From contig OZ024742.1 of assembly GCA_964016885.1 (NCBI GenBank), positions 129,022,001 through 129,086,000 of the forward strand: a DNA stretch of 64,000 nt, given 5' to 3'. Under the pieces are notes generated by a model that ran no database searches, had not been told where the DNA came from, and saw only the letters and a list, made by a program, of their open reading frames with translations. Position numbers and translations under genes: made by a program. This document shows positions 1-12,727 of this stretch, piece after piece; the stretch's first letter is position 1; each line of letters starts with the position of its first letter. Source of the stretch: Eledone cirrhosa (lineage: Eukaryota).

Positions 1-787
1 TTTCTTTTAATATCGGATCTGATAAATGAAGAAATATATTTTTAGGGAGAAATGGAATTTTTTATTTATTCTAGCATAGATGTATGAAAATATATGTTCC
101 ACCTATTATGACATTATAAGAGAAGAAAATAATAGATTTTATATACTGAATAGAAATATAGCATTCATAAATACATTGGAGCATTGATATAGGCCAATCA
201 AATTAACCCTTTGTTACAACATGTGGCAAAAATGTAGCACTTGTAAGTCCTCATTAACATGGTTACTGAAATTAGAGTCGGAGTCTCTAGGGCAGTTTGA
301 TACTGAATTTGAAATTTGGAAAATATAGTCTCTGCCTATTTTTTCTATCTGCAGGGGTACTTTACCTGATTTGTTCAACTATCATTTATAGTTGTCTGCA
401 TTGCAGGGACTATATTTTCAAATTTCAAATTTCCCAATGCTTTGTAAGTCTTGTTTGTTTGTTTACACTGAATTTGAAATTTGGTTAAAAATCAAAATAT
501 AATAAGATGCAGAGAAAGCATGCTCTTAAAGTCTGTGTGGACAATCAACATGCTATTCATGCTAGCTTCTTTAGCTGAATTAAAAATTCACATTCACTGA
601 AGTGCATTCTACAACTCAACATAAATTTAATCCCAAAGATTTTAAATTAGTGATGGAGTCACAGAGACAAACTAAATAGTGACAAAATATCACAAGATAT
701 GTCTTATAACCATATATAGATATATATATTCTCACATTAAGAAATCCACACAGCATGAGTATTTTGGGAGTGGGGGTGTGGGCGGGT

Positions 788-832
<45 letters not shown>

Positions 833-949
833 AATCTACATAACCTAGGTAAAAGCTACAAAGTTTTAATGAAGAATTTATAAATTCATTATTCCTCAAA
901 GTAAGAACTGGGTGGAATAATAAGAAGACTCATAACTTTGGAGTAACGT

Positions 950-1240
950 TACTCGAGTGTGTAGCTCGCTGATCAGGGAGAGCCACTATTTATGCAAATT
1001 GAGAGATCACAGTTTCAATACTATGAACATGTGGTCAGAATGTCTAAGGAAAGAATTACTGGACAGATTTTACAAGCAAAATCAACAGGCAGGAGACCCA
1101 GAGCAAGATAGATAGCATCCATTAGGTTGGTTGGTCTCACATGGGACTCCAGCAAGATCAATTGGAGATGGTTGCTTCTGACAGGACCACTGGAAGGCAT
1201 GTTTGATGACTCTTCCCCCACAATCCTCCCAAGAATAAGT
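950..1240 (+). mobile_element. Old RTE-like LINE C-terminal remnant
   Basis: Translation PLFMQIERSQFQYYEHVVRMSKERITGQILQAKSTGRRPRAR resembles the RTE C-terminal (L)RWxGHVxRM..GxRPRGRP segment. Confidence 0.6.
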
Positions 1241-3671
1241 GGACAAAGAAGAAAACGAAGACCCTCTTGAAGCCCAAAACAAACTCTGAGAAATCTCAAC
1301 AAAGAGACTGCTAAGTTAGTCTGGTTTACAGCTAAAGAATATCTGACAGCATATCTTGAGAGTAATGATAGCCTTAAGAATTACCATATCTCTACACCTG
1401 TAATGACATTTTACTAGTCACTGACTTCTGCCACTGAGTGAACTGTGTTCATTTAAAGGAAATGAATTAATGAGTCTAGTTGTGTGGTACATAAATACTC
1501 ATTATACATTTATGTCAGATGTAAGGTCCTACTAGAGTATATCATTAATGAAAATTCAAGAATTCATTATAGCTACTCTTTGAAGAATCTGAACTTAATA
1601 TATTTAACACCAAGTCTCTCTCCTTTTCTCTCTCTCTCTCTTTCTCTGGGTGTTAGAAACTGACATTAAAGAGTCACAAAATTTAAGTCTTTCATCTAGT
1701 GAAGGTTAAAAATCTCTTGATCAAATATTTAAATAAAATCAATTGGATAAAATAGTTATTTTCAGGAAATAAAATCAATGTATTAAGAATATAGTTGCAA
1801 AATTTAATAGCTCAATAATATCAAAATAAAGTACAAATCATATATATATAGACAGCAGCTCATATATCAGTTAACTTCATAGAACCTTTTAGCTTCTGTC
1901 AACAAGTAAAACAGTAATTCTCAGTTGACAAATTCAAATCCACACAAAAAAAATTACCCTGATGGAAGAAAAAAAAAAAAAAAAAAAAAAAATACAATTG
2001 AAAACCGTGTGATTTATGTTTCTTATAATTTTGCTTATTTCCAATGAAATAATGAAATTGATATAGTAGCTGTTCCAGTGTTGTCAGTTGTGGAGAGAAT
2101 TTCAACTGTGATTCTTCTGAATTACTTGGATCAGACTGATGAACCAAGCAACAAGCATATTTGTTAGTAGTTCCAATAAACCAAACAAATAGACACTGGA
2201 CAACTGTTAAGAAATATTAAACATTTTAGACCATGGTCCTTCTTTTTAAATGAAAGCCTTCTCTATAAAATTAAATCTTTCTTCTGGGAGGAGACTGAAT
2301 TAATGCACCCCACTATTCACTTTATACTAAATTGTTCCTAGTTGATACCTACCACAACAAGTCTCCTTCAATTCTAATGATTCTAACTAACACTTTATAG
2401 ACTGCAATTCAATATAGATGGGCTAGATAAACATACATTAAAAACCATTGTTCACATTCTCTATGTTTACACTGAAATTAAGTAGACAGAAACTGTGGAA
2501 TCCTGTAAATCAAAGGTCCAGCTATGTCACACACAGTCTCAGGCTGATTCGACCTGAGAATTTCATCAAGGTTACACGTGTCTATGGTCTATTCAGCTCC
2601 TTACATGTTAGTTTAATGAGTAGGTGAGTACAGTTGACCAAACATGTTAATGTTTATTGTCAAAACAGAGAGAGGAGGATCAGTCATGTTTACATTTGAA
2701 AACTATATTACTGTACAGTTAGAAGTATCATGAGGCACTGTGTTTCGGTGCTTGTATGAGGTTAGGTTTGTTTTGTTTCATTATATGTGCACATTATTAG
2801 CTGCAACTGTGAGTTAAACTTTTCACAACACCTACAGTAATCTACAGAGCAGTGGTAAGAAACTCTCAGGAGAGCTAGACAGCAGGTCTTCAGAGAAGAA
2901 ACCTCCCTCAAGTGTTTCGGCCTTAACAGACCATATAACAAAATAAAGACACCTACTGTGACAGTTGCATTGATTTCTAAAGTTTCCAACCAATTACAAA
3001 AATAGTTTTTGAAAGACTATAACAACAAAGGAAACTTATATTTTTTATCTTTTTTTTTGTGTGTTAGAACTACAACAGAATACTGAGAAATTTCTTCCAA
3101 ACTACTATTGGTATTTATTATTGTTTTTTAACTTTCTTCAAGCAAAGAGATAGGTCACCTTTCAGTGACATCAGGATTTCTTGAGCTGCCAACAGTTAGA
3201 TATCCATCATATACTCCTAAAATACCTGCATGTCGACACCAACATTTTTAGGGAATGAAATATTTAGAATGAAATACCTAAATAACTTCTTGATTAGTGC
3301 CTGTCATCTGTTTTAACAGATATATGCTCTGCTGAAAGCAGTTATCTGCCCATTATCTCATATCAATTGATTTATAAATTTGCCATATGACAACTGTTGA
3401 GACAAAATGAATTGTGGTTGCAAAAATAAAAAAAAGGAAAAAGACAGAAAAAAAAGAAGTCACATGTCATAAGAATTCTCAGATGGATAAAATATCAAAT
3501 TGTTTAAATTTTAATTACGATTCATTTAAGAGAAAACTCAAATCCACGAAAGGGGGGAAAAATACATGTTTTTTAACCTTTTTCTTTAGTAGGTTCAAAA
3601 TGGTTTTTTTCTTTTCTTTTTAATGTCTGTTAATATGTCTTAATTGAAGAGTTTCGAATAATTACTGGTCT

Positions 3672-3705
<34 letters not shown>

Positions 3706-6201
3706 GTTTCTTATATAGGCACAAGGCCAGCAATTTTGGGGGAGGGAGAAAGTCGATTAAATCAGCTCCAGTACACAACTGGTACTTTAATGAGAGGAGA
3801 TAGTATTTGAAAATAAAAAAAATAAAAAAATAAAAACAAACAAAAATAAAATTCACTGTGGAAGAGATAAGGAGTCTTCTATAGAAATGAAGACAGCAGA
3901 AAAGCAACTTTCGGATCAAACACTTTAGCAGCAGTAAAAATGAAGTAAAATCTAAATTCTTCATTCACTGTTAAGCAGCAAAAGATTTCAGAATGATTCA
4001 TCTGATACAATATGTCCTTCAACAACTAAAAAAAAAAAAAATGAATAAATAAAAAAAAAAGTGATGGGGAGAGGGGTGAAAAGTTTAGAAAATAAAAATA
4101 AAAACAGAGAAAAATAAAAGAGTTAAAGAAAAAAAATTAGCAGCCTATAAAGGCATATGTAGGTGTGTAAAGTTTTTTGTGGATAGAATAATCTGAACCA
4201 ATATTCAGTGTCTAACTGGAAAAGACAATTTTGGTTGATAAATTCTGTTGTTGACCAATAAAGAATTGAACAAGCCTTCGAGTTGAAGACTGGTGGGAGG
4301 GAGAGAGTGAAGGAGAGAGAGAGAGAGTGAGTGTGTGTGTGAGAAAGAGAGAGAGGGAGAGAGGAAAAAAGAACTGAAATAAATCGGGGGAAAAACAAGG
4401 GAGAGAAAATAGGTGAGCTAGGATTGTTGCTTCAGCATACTAACAACGACAGCATGATAGGTGTACACTTCCTCAAGACAATGAAAACACCAACACCATC
4501 ACATGTGTGTATGTATATTCTGGCTAGACTGTACACTGACACCATGATATGTGTAGGAGTCTTCAAGCTAGAATATATATGTATGGCTGGAGTTTATATA
4601 TATATATGCACAGATATATACATATATATACACATATACATTTGTATAGGTGTGTATGTGTATGTATAACAAATGTATACAAATACATACATGTATTTCC
4701 TTCCACTCCCATGATCATTTACGACCACTGTAACCAATATATGCCACTGATATGACCATTCTGATGGCGAAGATGGGACTGTGAAGGTCTCGAAACTTTA
4801 ATACATACATCAATTTAAGAACACTACAGTTCCAAATTAAGAATAAATAACTAGTAAGGAAATATAAAGAATCTTTTATATAAATTATCAAACTGGAGCA
4901 CAGTTGTGTTTTCGATATGACATGTTTGAAAGAGAAGCTATTCCCTACTTATACAAATATCTGTATGTATATATAAATTTGCTATACATATACATGCATG
5001 CATGTACATATATATCTTATATAATGCTCTCTGCATTCTGAGTTCAAATTCCACCTAGGTGCTGGTAACCAGAGCTAATTACCCGATTACTTTAGCACTC
5101 CATCTAAATCATACCTGTCCAGCAAGGACATGTAGGACTAAAACCAGTATAGTTGCTGAGGCTTTGGTTAGTAGTGGATCGAAAATGGTGAGGCAGAATA
5201 TTATATATATCTATGTTTAGCCACCAGAGATGCTGCTCCAGCCGAGCTGACAACAGGATACTGCCCATGGTCAGCCTTGACCGAAGGAGGCCTTAACTTA
5301 ACTTATATATAATTACTATTATTATTAGCAAAACTCATGAAAATGTATGGCTTTGAGGTTAGGGTGTTTGACTTATGATCAGAAATTATGAGTTTGATTC
5401 CCAGCAGCTAGTTGTGTCCTTGAGCAAGACACTTTATTTCATGTTGCTCTAGTTCACTCAGTTGGCAAAATAGAGTTGTACTTGTATTTCAAGAGCTAAC
5501 CTTGAAATACACTGTCAGACATAATCTCCATGAGAACTACGTTAAGGCTGCACATATCTGTGGAATGCTAAGCCACTTGCATGGTCATTTCATGAGCAAG
5601 TTAGTCTGGATGATCAAATAACTGGACACGCTGTCGTTAGAAACAACAGACCTCCAGCACATTTTTACGACTACTGATATTATTAATATTATCACTTGCC
5701 CTAGCAAGGTCTTACCCTATTGGGGAATCTGTTTTTTTTAGTTTATTTTTTACTTTTTGTAATAAACTTTTTTTTACACACAAATGACCAGACTGTATCA
5801 TCCTGTGCCGTCACTATTGTTTGCTTAATGTCAGCCTTGTGTGGCTGATAAAGAAACCATTATTAAAATGAATGTAATTCATTACAGATGGCCCCATGTT
5901 TCACTCGGCACATTCTTGTTTTGAATGATTCATTGAAAAAAGTTGTACTAAGTAAAACAAGCAGTCACCTATAAACTGTTGTTATTCTTGATGCCTACCC
6001 CATTACTTAGATCCCTTAAATGAAAGAGGCTCCTAGTTTGTAACTATGAAATCACGAGGATTTTCTTGATGATTTCATATGAATGAAACAGTTCTGGTCC
6101 TGTAGAAGTCATTTCTATATATAATAAAGATGCCTATACTCTACTAACATATTGAGTACTATTTTAACTGTGGTCACCTTCCAATACCCATCGGGAATCC
6201 A

Positions 6202-6245
<44 letters not shown>

Positions 6246-6459
6246 CGTCATCACCATTTAATGTTCATTTTGCATGCTTACATGTGTTAGATGAGATGTT
6301 ATGTCTAAATACATGTATACACACATATATATATGTTTATACACACACATATATATATATATGTATGTATAAACTCACATATAGTTTAACCATGGAAAAT
6401 AGACGCTAAACCGTGGTGACAATGATGACATACATATACATATACATATACGTACGAGT

Positions 6460-6582
6460 TAGAATCCTAATAGTGAGCCCAGCTATTTCAACTTGATTTT
6501 CACAAGTATTTTCGAAGGAATGTTCCTTGAGAATACTTGTGGAGATCAAATTGAAATGTCTGAGCTCACCATTGAGATTCTA
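6460..6582. repeat. Imperfect palindrome (~60-bp arms) downstream of the stop codon
   Basis: TAGAATCCTAATAGTGAGCCCAG...GAAGGAA/TTCCTT...CTGAGCTCACCATTGAGATTCTA; about 10 substitutions and one bulge. Confidence 0.88.
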
Positions 6583-7069
6583 CCTTTAATTGTGGTCTTC
6601 CCAATCTTTACACTGTAGATACGTATACATATATATATATACATATCTATACACATGCACACACACACACAAATAGATATACATATATATATATATATAT
6701 ATATCTCCAGCCAAATTCTTAGTATAGAAGAAAGAAAGAAAGAAAAAAGAAAAAGAAAATCAAAATCGTTGCCAATGCAGGTAAAGTAAAAAAAAAATCC
6801 CGCCCTTCATGGCAACAACAGCCTCCTCATTTTTTTGGCCTTTTTTTCTTTGTTATTTATTTTTTCCTTTTTTTTCCTTTTATCCTTTTTTTAAAGTTTA
6901 GTTTAATTTTGTTTTTTTTTTCTTTTCTTTTCAGTTTTATACAATGGCTCCTTTTGCTGGTCTATAATGTTAGGGAACTGAGGCAGATCGGATGATCCAA
7001 CAAGTTGTCACGGAATTCCAGGAAAAAGATGAGTGAGTTTTGATGATGAAAAACAAAGAATGAATATTA

Positions 7070-7147
7070 TTACAGAAGCTGACATTTGGTCCTTGGTTTC
7101 CTAGGTGGTTGTGGTTGCAAAACTGCTCTGACTGCCTCTTCAAACAC
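7070..7147 (-). CDS. Mtl: Mtl-like GTPase last coding exon (polybasic region, CAAX CQLL)
   Basis: Acceptor TTTTGCAG; encodes VFEEAVRAVLQPQPPRKPRTKCQLL, then TAA TAA, followed by U-rich 3'UTR-like sequence. Confidence 0.95.
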   Translation of the reverse strand: MFEEAVRAVLQPQPPRKPRTKCQLL

Positions 7148-7207
7148 CTGCAAAATGAACAAGAAGGGAAAAAAATTTATATCTCACACCTATGTCAGGA
7201 CATCACA

Positions 7208-7436
7208 TTAACCCTTTAGCATTTAAACCAGCCATATCCGGCCAGAATGCTCTCATCTCTTTCTGTTCAAACCAGTTGTAACCAGCTGCTCATAATTATG
7301 TTAAGGTATATTTTTCAAAATAAATAATATAAAAATCTTGTAGATTCGGTATTATGTGAGATAATTATGTGAAATAAAGTGTTTACTGTGAAAATACAAT
7401 AGTATATATGGAATAATGTAAATGCTAAACGGTTAA
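7208..7436. mobile_element. TTAA-flanked MITE (piggyBac-like ends), family A
   Basis: TTAA CCCTTTAGCATTT...AAATGCTAAACGG TTAA; sits ~60 bp from the last-exon acceptor. Confidence 0.8.
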
Positions 7437-7491
7437 AGGAGACTGGGTTAGTCTATTACACACAAACATACACACATATATATCTATACAT

Positions 7492-7690
7492 ATTTGAAAA
7501 CACTGAAATCCAAATGCAGAGTCATTACAGTAATAATAACATTAGAAAATTGGGTAAAATACCCTCAGAGACAGAAAAATATGTAGCAAGCAGCTGGCCA
7601 CTTACTTTTCTCTCTCTAAAAGTATTTTACACAATTTTTTAATGCTATTATTACAGTAGCAACTGTGTTTGGATTTCACTGTTTTCAAAT
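7492..7690. repeat. Imperfect palindrome (~90-bp arms) in intron 4
   Basis: ATTTGAAAACACTGAAATCCAAA... pairs with ...TTTGGATTTCACTGTTTTCAAAT; pairing extends inward to the centre near 7590. Confidence 0.85.
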
Positions 7691-8337
7691 TTCAATTCAT
7701 CCAAATACCTTGATAAATCATTATATCATCATCATCATTTTACGTCTGCTTTTCCCTGCTTGCAAGGGTGGGACGATATATATATATATATATATATATA
7801 TAACAAAACTGGTTAAGGCGGACATCACACACATATACATATGAATAATGAATATATGTGGGCATATTTCATTATTATATTGTCTCAAACTTCCCTATGG
7901 CCGAGTTCACCTGAGAGTGTACTAACTGCTTTTTCTAGCAAATACATTATTCACTCCCTATCCACTTTACTACTCTTCTGTGACCACTGTATCATGTATT
8001 AATGTCTCCGGCCGCCTCTTGAGATATTTTCACTTGCTACAAAAGAAACAGTCCTCTTTTTTTGACTGCTGTGTCATGTGTTAATTCCTCCCTCTGCCTA
8101 TAGAGAATTTCTCGCTGCAAACGCGTCAAGAAAAACAGTCCTTTTTCCTGAGGTGTCTCATGAAAAGCCGATTTGCCTTACAACAATGATGCATTTTTAT
8201 AATGCACAGTTGCACACAGATTGGCGAAACTGCAGTCGGAAATTTGAATAAAAGATAGGTATATTTTTGTCTATTATTTCCTCATATCTTGTAATTTGAT
8301 TATATATATATATATCATTATTATTATCCCGCTGAAT

Positions 8338-8533
8338 AGGGTGGTGGATTGGCAGTATCGGTAGAGGGTCGGACGCCATGCTTTCCAGCATAGTTACGTC
8401 CCTTTACGATCTGAGTTCAAATCCCGCCGAGGTTGACTTTGCCTTTCATCCTTACGGGGTCGATAAAATAAAGTACCAGTAATGCACTGGAAAATTGCTG
8501 GCCTTGTGCCTAAAGTAGAAACAATTATTATTA
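8338..8533 (+). mobile_element. tRNA-type SINE (most abundant family in the window)
   Basis: A-box-like GGTGGATTGG, B-box-like GAGTTCAAATCCC, core GCCTTTCATCCTTACGGGGTCGATAAAATAAAGTACCAG, (ATT)n tail. More than 15 related copies, e.g. ~11750, 20050, 24265, 29720, 50950, 54700, 62705. Confidence 0.85.
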
Positions 8534-8989
8534 TCCCGCTGAGGTTAACTTTGCCTTTCATCCTTTCGGGGGTGATAAAATAAAGTACCAGTAATTATTA
8601 TTATTACGATTATTTTTCTGTAGTGAAATAATTTTACATCCAAAATTGGCAGAGCATTCAGTCAGAAGTTGGGTTGTAATATACAAAATTAGATTAAATT
8701 CACATTTTCATGTCAAACACATATGTTTGACTGTGGAATTATTTCCACAGCTCTTCAGTCTGATGTCTTCGAATGTGAATTGACAGGATTTGAGATCTAT
8801 AAGGGAGGTCTTATGGGAGGGGAGAGAACTTCTGGTGTTCAGTTGCCAGTTATACATGAGAGGATAACTCTTAGGCTTGTGTAAAATAATTGTTTCTACT
8901 TTAGGCACAAGGCCAGCAATTACCAGTGCATTACTGGTACTTTATTTTATCGACCCCGTAAGGATAAATAATAAGTAACTTAGGAATCT

Positions 8990-11470
8990 ATTATGAAGGC
9001 TGGAAAGATATAGTAGGGTATTTACTTAAAATGTTTCTTGGGTGCTAGATGTTATAGGGGTTAGAGCTTCATAGGAGGGATGTTCTTTTTTCTTATATAG
9101 TGTGTTAGAAAGATATTATAGAGATGAACATTTTGCAATATGGGGTGGGGATAAGCTTGGAATGCAAGCTTGTGGATCTTTGCTGTTGTGGTATTATCTA
9201 GGGTACTATAAATTATGTAGGATGTATTTCAGCATGTGGGGGCAGCGGTTGAAAAAAAATTAGCCCTTGTATTAAGGCATATTTCTGTGGTATGAGCCAT
9301 CTTAAGATGTTCCATTGTTCATTGTTGTACAATTTACATGTCTTCTTACTGTTTAGGTAAGGACTTGGTTTTTCCAGTATTTTCCATTTAATTGAGAAGT
9401 CTGCACTTGCATCCTTAAGAGACAAAACGTGACATGCTAGCTTTGTAGCTGTTTGTTTTTCCGGGTGCTTAAATGTCAACTCATGGTTTAGGTAGCAGCC
9501 CTCTGACATACCCAGCTGCTATGACTATGGGTGTGTTGCATTGCATGATTCTGGCTTTCTACAAAAGCATCCCGGTGTGGGAGCAATCTTGAGTTTGTTT
9601 CTGATTTGGGCTTCAATGTTTTTTGTACAAGAGTACGCGATTTTCACTGTGTGTTGGTTAAAGATTGGCCTATACTTAAGGCCTATGGGGAAGTGCTTGT
9701 CAATAAGGACTAAGAATTTTTTGCCTGCATTGGTTTTAGCGAGAATGGAGGAGAAAATCATATTGATTTCTTTCTATTTTTTCTTCCTAACATTAGTTGG
9801 GTGTTCTTTCTGAGTAAGATATTTTTTATGAGAAACTGCTGTTGGCTAGAGCAATGTTATAATATGGGGCTGCCCTATCGAAGATGGCTTTATCAGAAGA
9901 CAGGTTAGAGATTCTTTTGCTTTTGTTCTTAATGAGGTTTTTAAGAACCGTAGGAGGTGGTATATGTACCTTATGATTTCATTATCTCTATGGAATGGTT
10001 TGTATGTATGTGTGCAAAGATCTAATGTGATATCTAGGTAGCCGATGATAGTCAGGTTGGTGGCCACTGTAATTTGTAGTCTTAATTCATTAAATATGGT
10101 TATTAAGTGTTTCCTGAAAGTGCCAGATTAACAGAAAAAATAGACTTTGTATGAAGCAGATGCACAGGAGAAGAAGGCACTAAGAAGTAAATTCCCTCAG
10201 TTGCCAGGGAGACTCCTTAGAAGTTGTCGACAGCTTTTATTACCTAGGTGATCAAATTAGCAGTAGGGGATGATGCGCTGAAAGCATGATAGCCAGTGTC
10301 AGAATAGGCTGGAAAAAGTTTAGAGAGGTGATACCTCTGCTGACAATACGGGGCTTTTCCCTCAGGGTGAAGGATAGACTGTATTTTGCCTGTGTGCAAA
10401 CTGCAATGCTACATGGCAGTGAAACATGTGATGTGTATGGAGAATAGCAGCTGCATAAAGAAATGCAGAGAAATCCCAGAGGCTGGAACTCGGGGAAAAG
10501 GCAAACTCAGGAAGATTTAGGATGAGGTAGTGAAAAGCGACCTTACTCTTCGCCCTACCAAATCACCACATACACCTATAACTTCATACTTATCTCCTCC
10601 CCCAGAGTTGAGTCTATGGCCAATAACCTCTCTAATGACCGTGCCACACAAATGCATAAACGTTAAACAACGATGATATCAACGTCATGGCTGCTTTTAT
10701 GGCTCAATAGGTCTAGACAATTGTCTTGGTACAGACCTATGTAGAAATGATGGAATTTGGCCCTTAGTGTATCCAAAATGTATAACCCTACCAAATTGCA
10801 TACATCACCACTATTGAATGACCCCCCATGGATACTTCGAATAATGTCTGTGGTATCTGATTTTTTGACCCAGGATTCACCATTGTTGAAGAGGAGGGTT
10901 TTTCTGCTGTGGGATATAACTTGTTGCTCTATATCATGAACACTAGTGTGGTTAGTGTTAAAGTCTAAGCCTTTTTCTAACAGGGTTTTAGAGATTGAGG
11001 GGTAAAAATCAATGATGTTGAACTGAGTGAATCTAGCTATGTTAGTGTTAGTCAGGGGTTAAATCATTCAATTTCTCTACCACCAATTTCCCACTGAGTA
11101 AAGTTAGATTGTTACCTTATTGTCTTAATTATATTTCTAAGTATTGTCTTGCTAACTAATCCTAACTTTGTACATACAGGATTTCTGAGCCCGCATGTGG
11201 GGGTTATTAATAAAGTCAGGTTTGTGGTCCTTCATGGTGATGAAATCCTCATACATGACTAAAACCTCTAATTTCTTATCAACATTAAAGGAGGTGGCTA
11301 TGTACTTGGCTTTATTATTCATGTTATAAGTTTAAGGGTCTGCTTTTTTATATTTAGAAGTAATGGTCTTATGTGTTAAGTGATTGTATGTAGTTTGGTT
11401 CAGCTTATATAAGTTATTATTTTTGTCAGATAAGATGAAGGAATTTTTAAAGGACCTAAATTTTTTTGTA
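8990..11470 (-). mobile_element. Degenerate Penelope-like retroelement (RT plus GIY-YIG endonuclease remnants)
   Basis: Broken minus-strand frames: TMKDHKPDFINNPTC, FTQFNIIDFYPSI, TNLTIIGYLDITLDL..YKPF, TNAGKKFLVLIDKHFP..IFNQHTVKIAYSC, HELTFKHP..IKWKILEK..CKL. These are collinear with Penelope-type ORFs as recalled. Confidence 0.8.
10120..10680 (+). mobile_element. 5'-truncated decayed RTE-clade LINE nested in the Penelope-like relic
   Basis: LEVVDSFYYLGDQIS..RIGWKKFREVIPLL..AMLHGSET, homologous to ORF 44174..44752; ends in ACGTTAAACAACGATGAT like the tail at 45118-45147. Confidence 0.8.
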
Positions 11471-11521
11471 TCTTTGTTAAATTTGAAGAAAAAGAAAAAG
11501 AAGAAGACGACGACGACCGAC

Positions 11522-11682
11522 CTGTTTGAGTCCCCTCTGCGTAAGTGCTGAACACTCCATATATTTCACAGCCCGGACCTTGTTAGCCATCTTGATTCCC
11601 TGTTCCCTTTTGATCGGAGATAAACCCTGTGAAGCTAGAGTTCCTATTGCTTCTTTATTCTCTCGTAAATCTATTTTCGTAC
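11522..11682 (-). CDS. Mtl: Mtl-like GTPase coding exon 4 (G4 TKxD, Rho insert, G5 SAL)
   Basis: Acceptor TTCTTTGTAG; encodes (G)TKIDLRENKEAIGTLASQGLSPIKREQGIKMANKVRAVKYMECSALTQRGLKQ; donor GTCGGT. Lies within ORF 11477..11791. Confidence 0.96.
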
Positions 11683-12727
11683 CTACAAAGAAAAGGAAAA
11701 GATAAGTGCAAAATGAAATATCAATATAACAATCTGGAGGAGATGTTAGAGCATTGGATATTCGTTTGGGGTCTCTACTTTCTGAGTTCAAATCCCACCT
11801 AGGTCCACTTTGTCTTTTTTGTCATCTTGGAGGTCGATAAAGAAAGTACCAGTTCAGTACTGGTGTTGATTCCTCCTGCATTTCTCTTTCTCAGCATATC
11901 TCAGCTGTACCCTGCAGACAAGATGGCAAAAGTGTTGTTGCACTGGCTATAGATTTCTGTACATTTTTACCTTGCATTTTTGGCAAGACAAACACAGCTG
12001 GTGTGTAGAGTAATTTGTTTAACAGAATAACTGCCAAGAATGTGTCTAGTATTCAAATCAGTATACTTGCTTTATTAAAAATCTTTGCCATAGCAGCTTT
12101 AAATACAATTCCATTGTGATTGTTTAATACTTTAGCATTTACATTACTCTATATTTACTATTGTATTTTCATGGTAAACACAATTATCGAATCTACAAGA
12201 TTTTGATATTATTTATTTTGAGAACAATACCTTAACATAAGATATGGATGGTTTAAATGCTAAAGAGTTATTGGAGAAAGTAGAATTTAGCAACTCTTTC
12301 TTTTTCTGTTAACAGTGAAGTTGTGTAAAATAAAGACAGCATCTATGACTGTCTAATGCAGGGTCTTTTAAACTTCAAGTCCCAGCCTATTAGTGTATCA
12401 CAACATAAGTAAAATGGGTTGTGACATTAAGAATAAAATATGCAAGAGTGACAATCTAGGCATATTGGGTCACAATATAAAATGCTGATCTTACTGTGAG
12501 TCACAGTAATAAAGAAAGTTTAAAAAGTGCCAGTCTCCTGTAAACTTGTCTGCCGGGACTATGAGGTAACATCCACCTGAGGTTCTGCATGTCAAACAGA
12601 CAGAACAAAAGAAAGAACATGACAACCTTTCATTGACTGGTTTGTGTTGTTACTGTTGATCACAACATACATACATTGGAAGACTCTACTCAGTGCCTGA
12701 ACAAAATAAAAAATGGATCAATTCACT

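Noticed and set aside
1-6400. A second gene or defined poly(A) site downstream of the GTPase
   Set aside because: No recognisable coding exons; many AATAAA-like hexamers in AT-rich DNA, so the transcript end cannot be placed.
8338-8430. tRNA genes at GAGTTCAAATCC motifs
   Set aside because: No cloverleaf; these are SINE heads followed by the shared core and tail.
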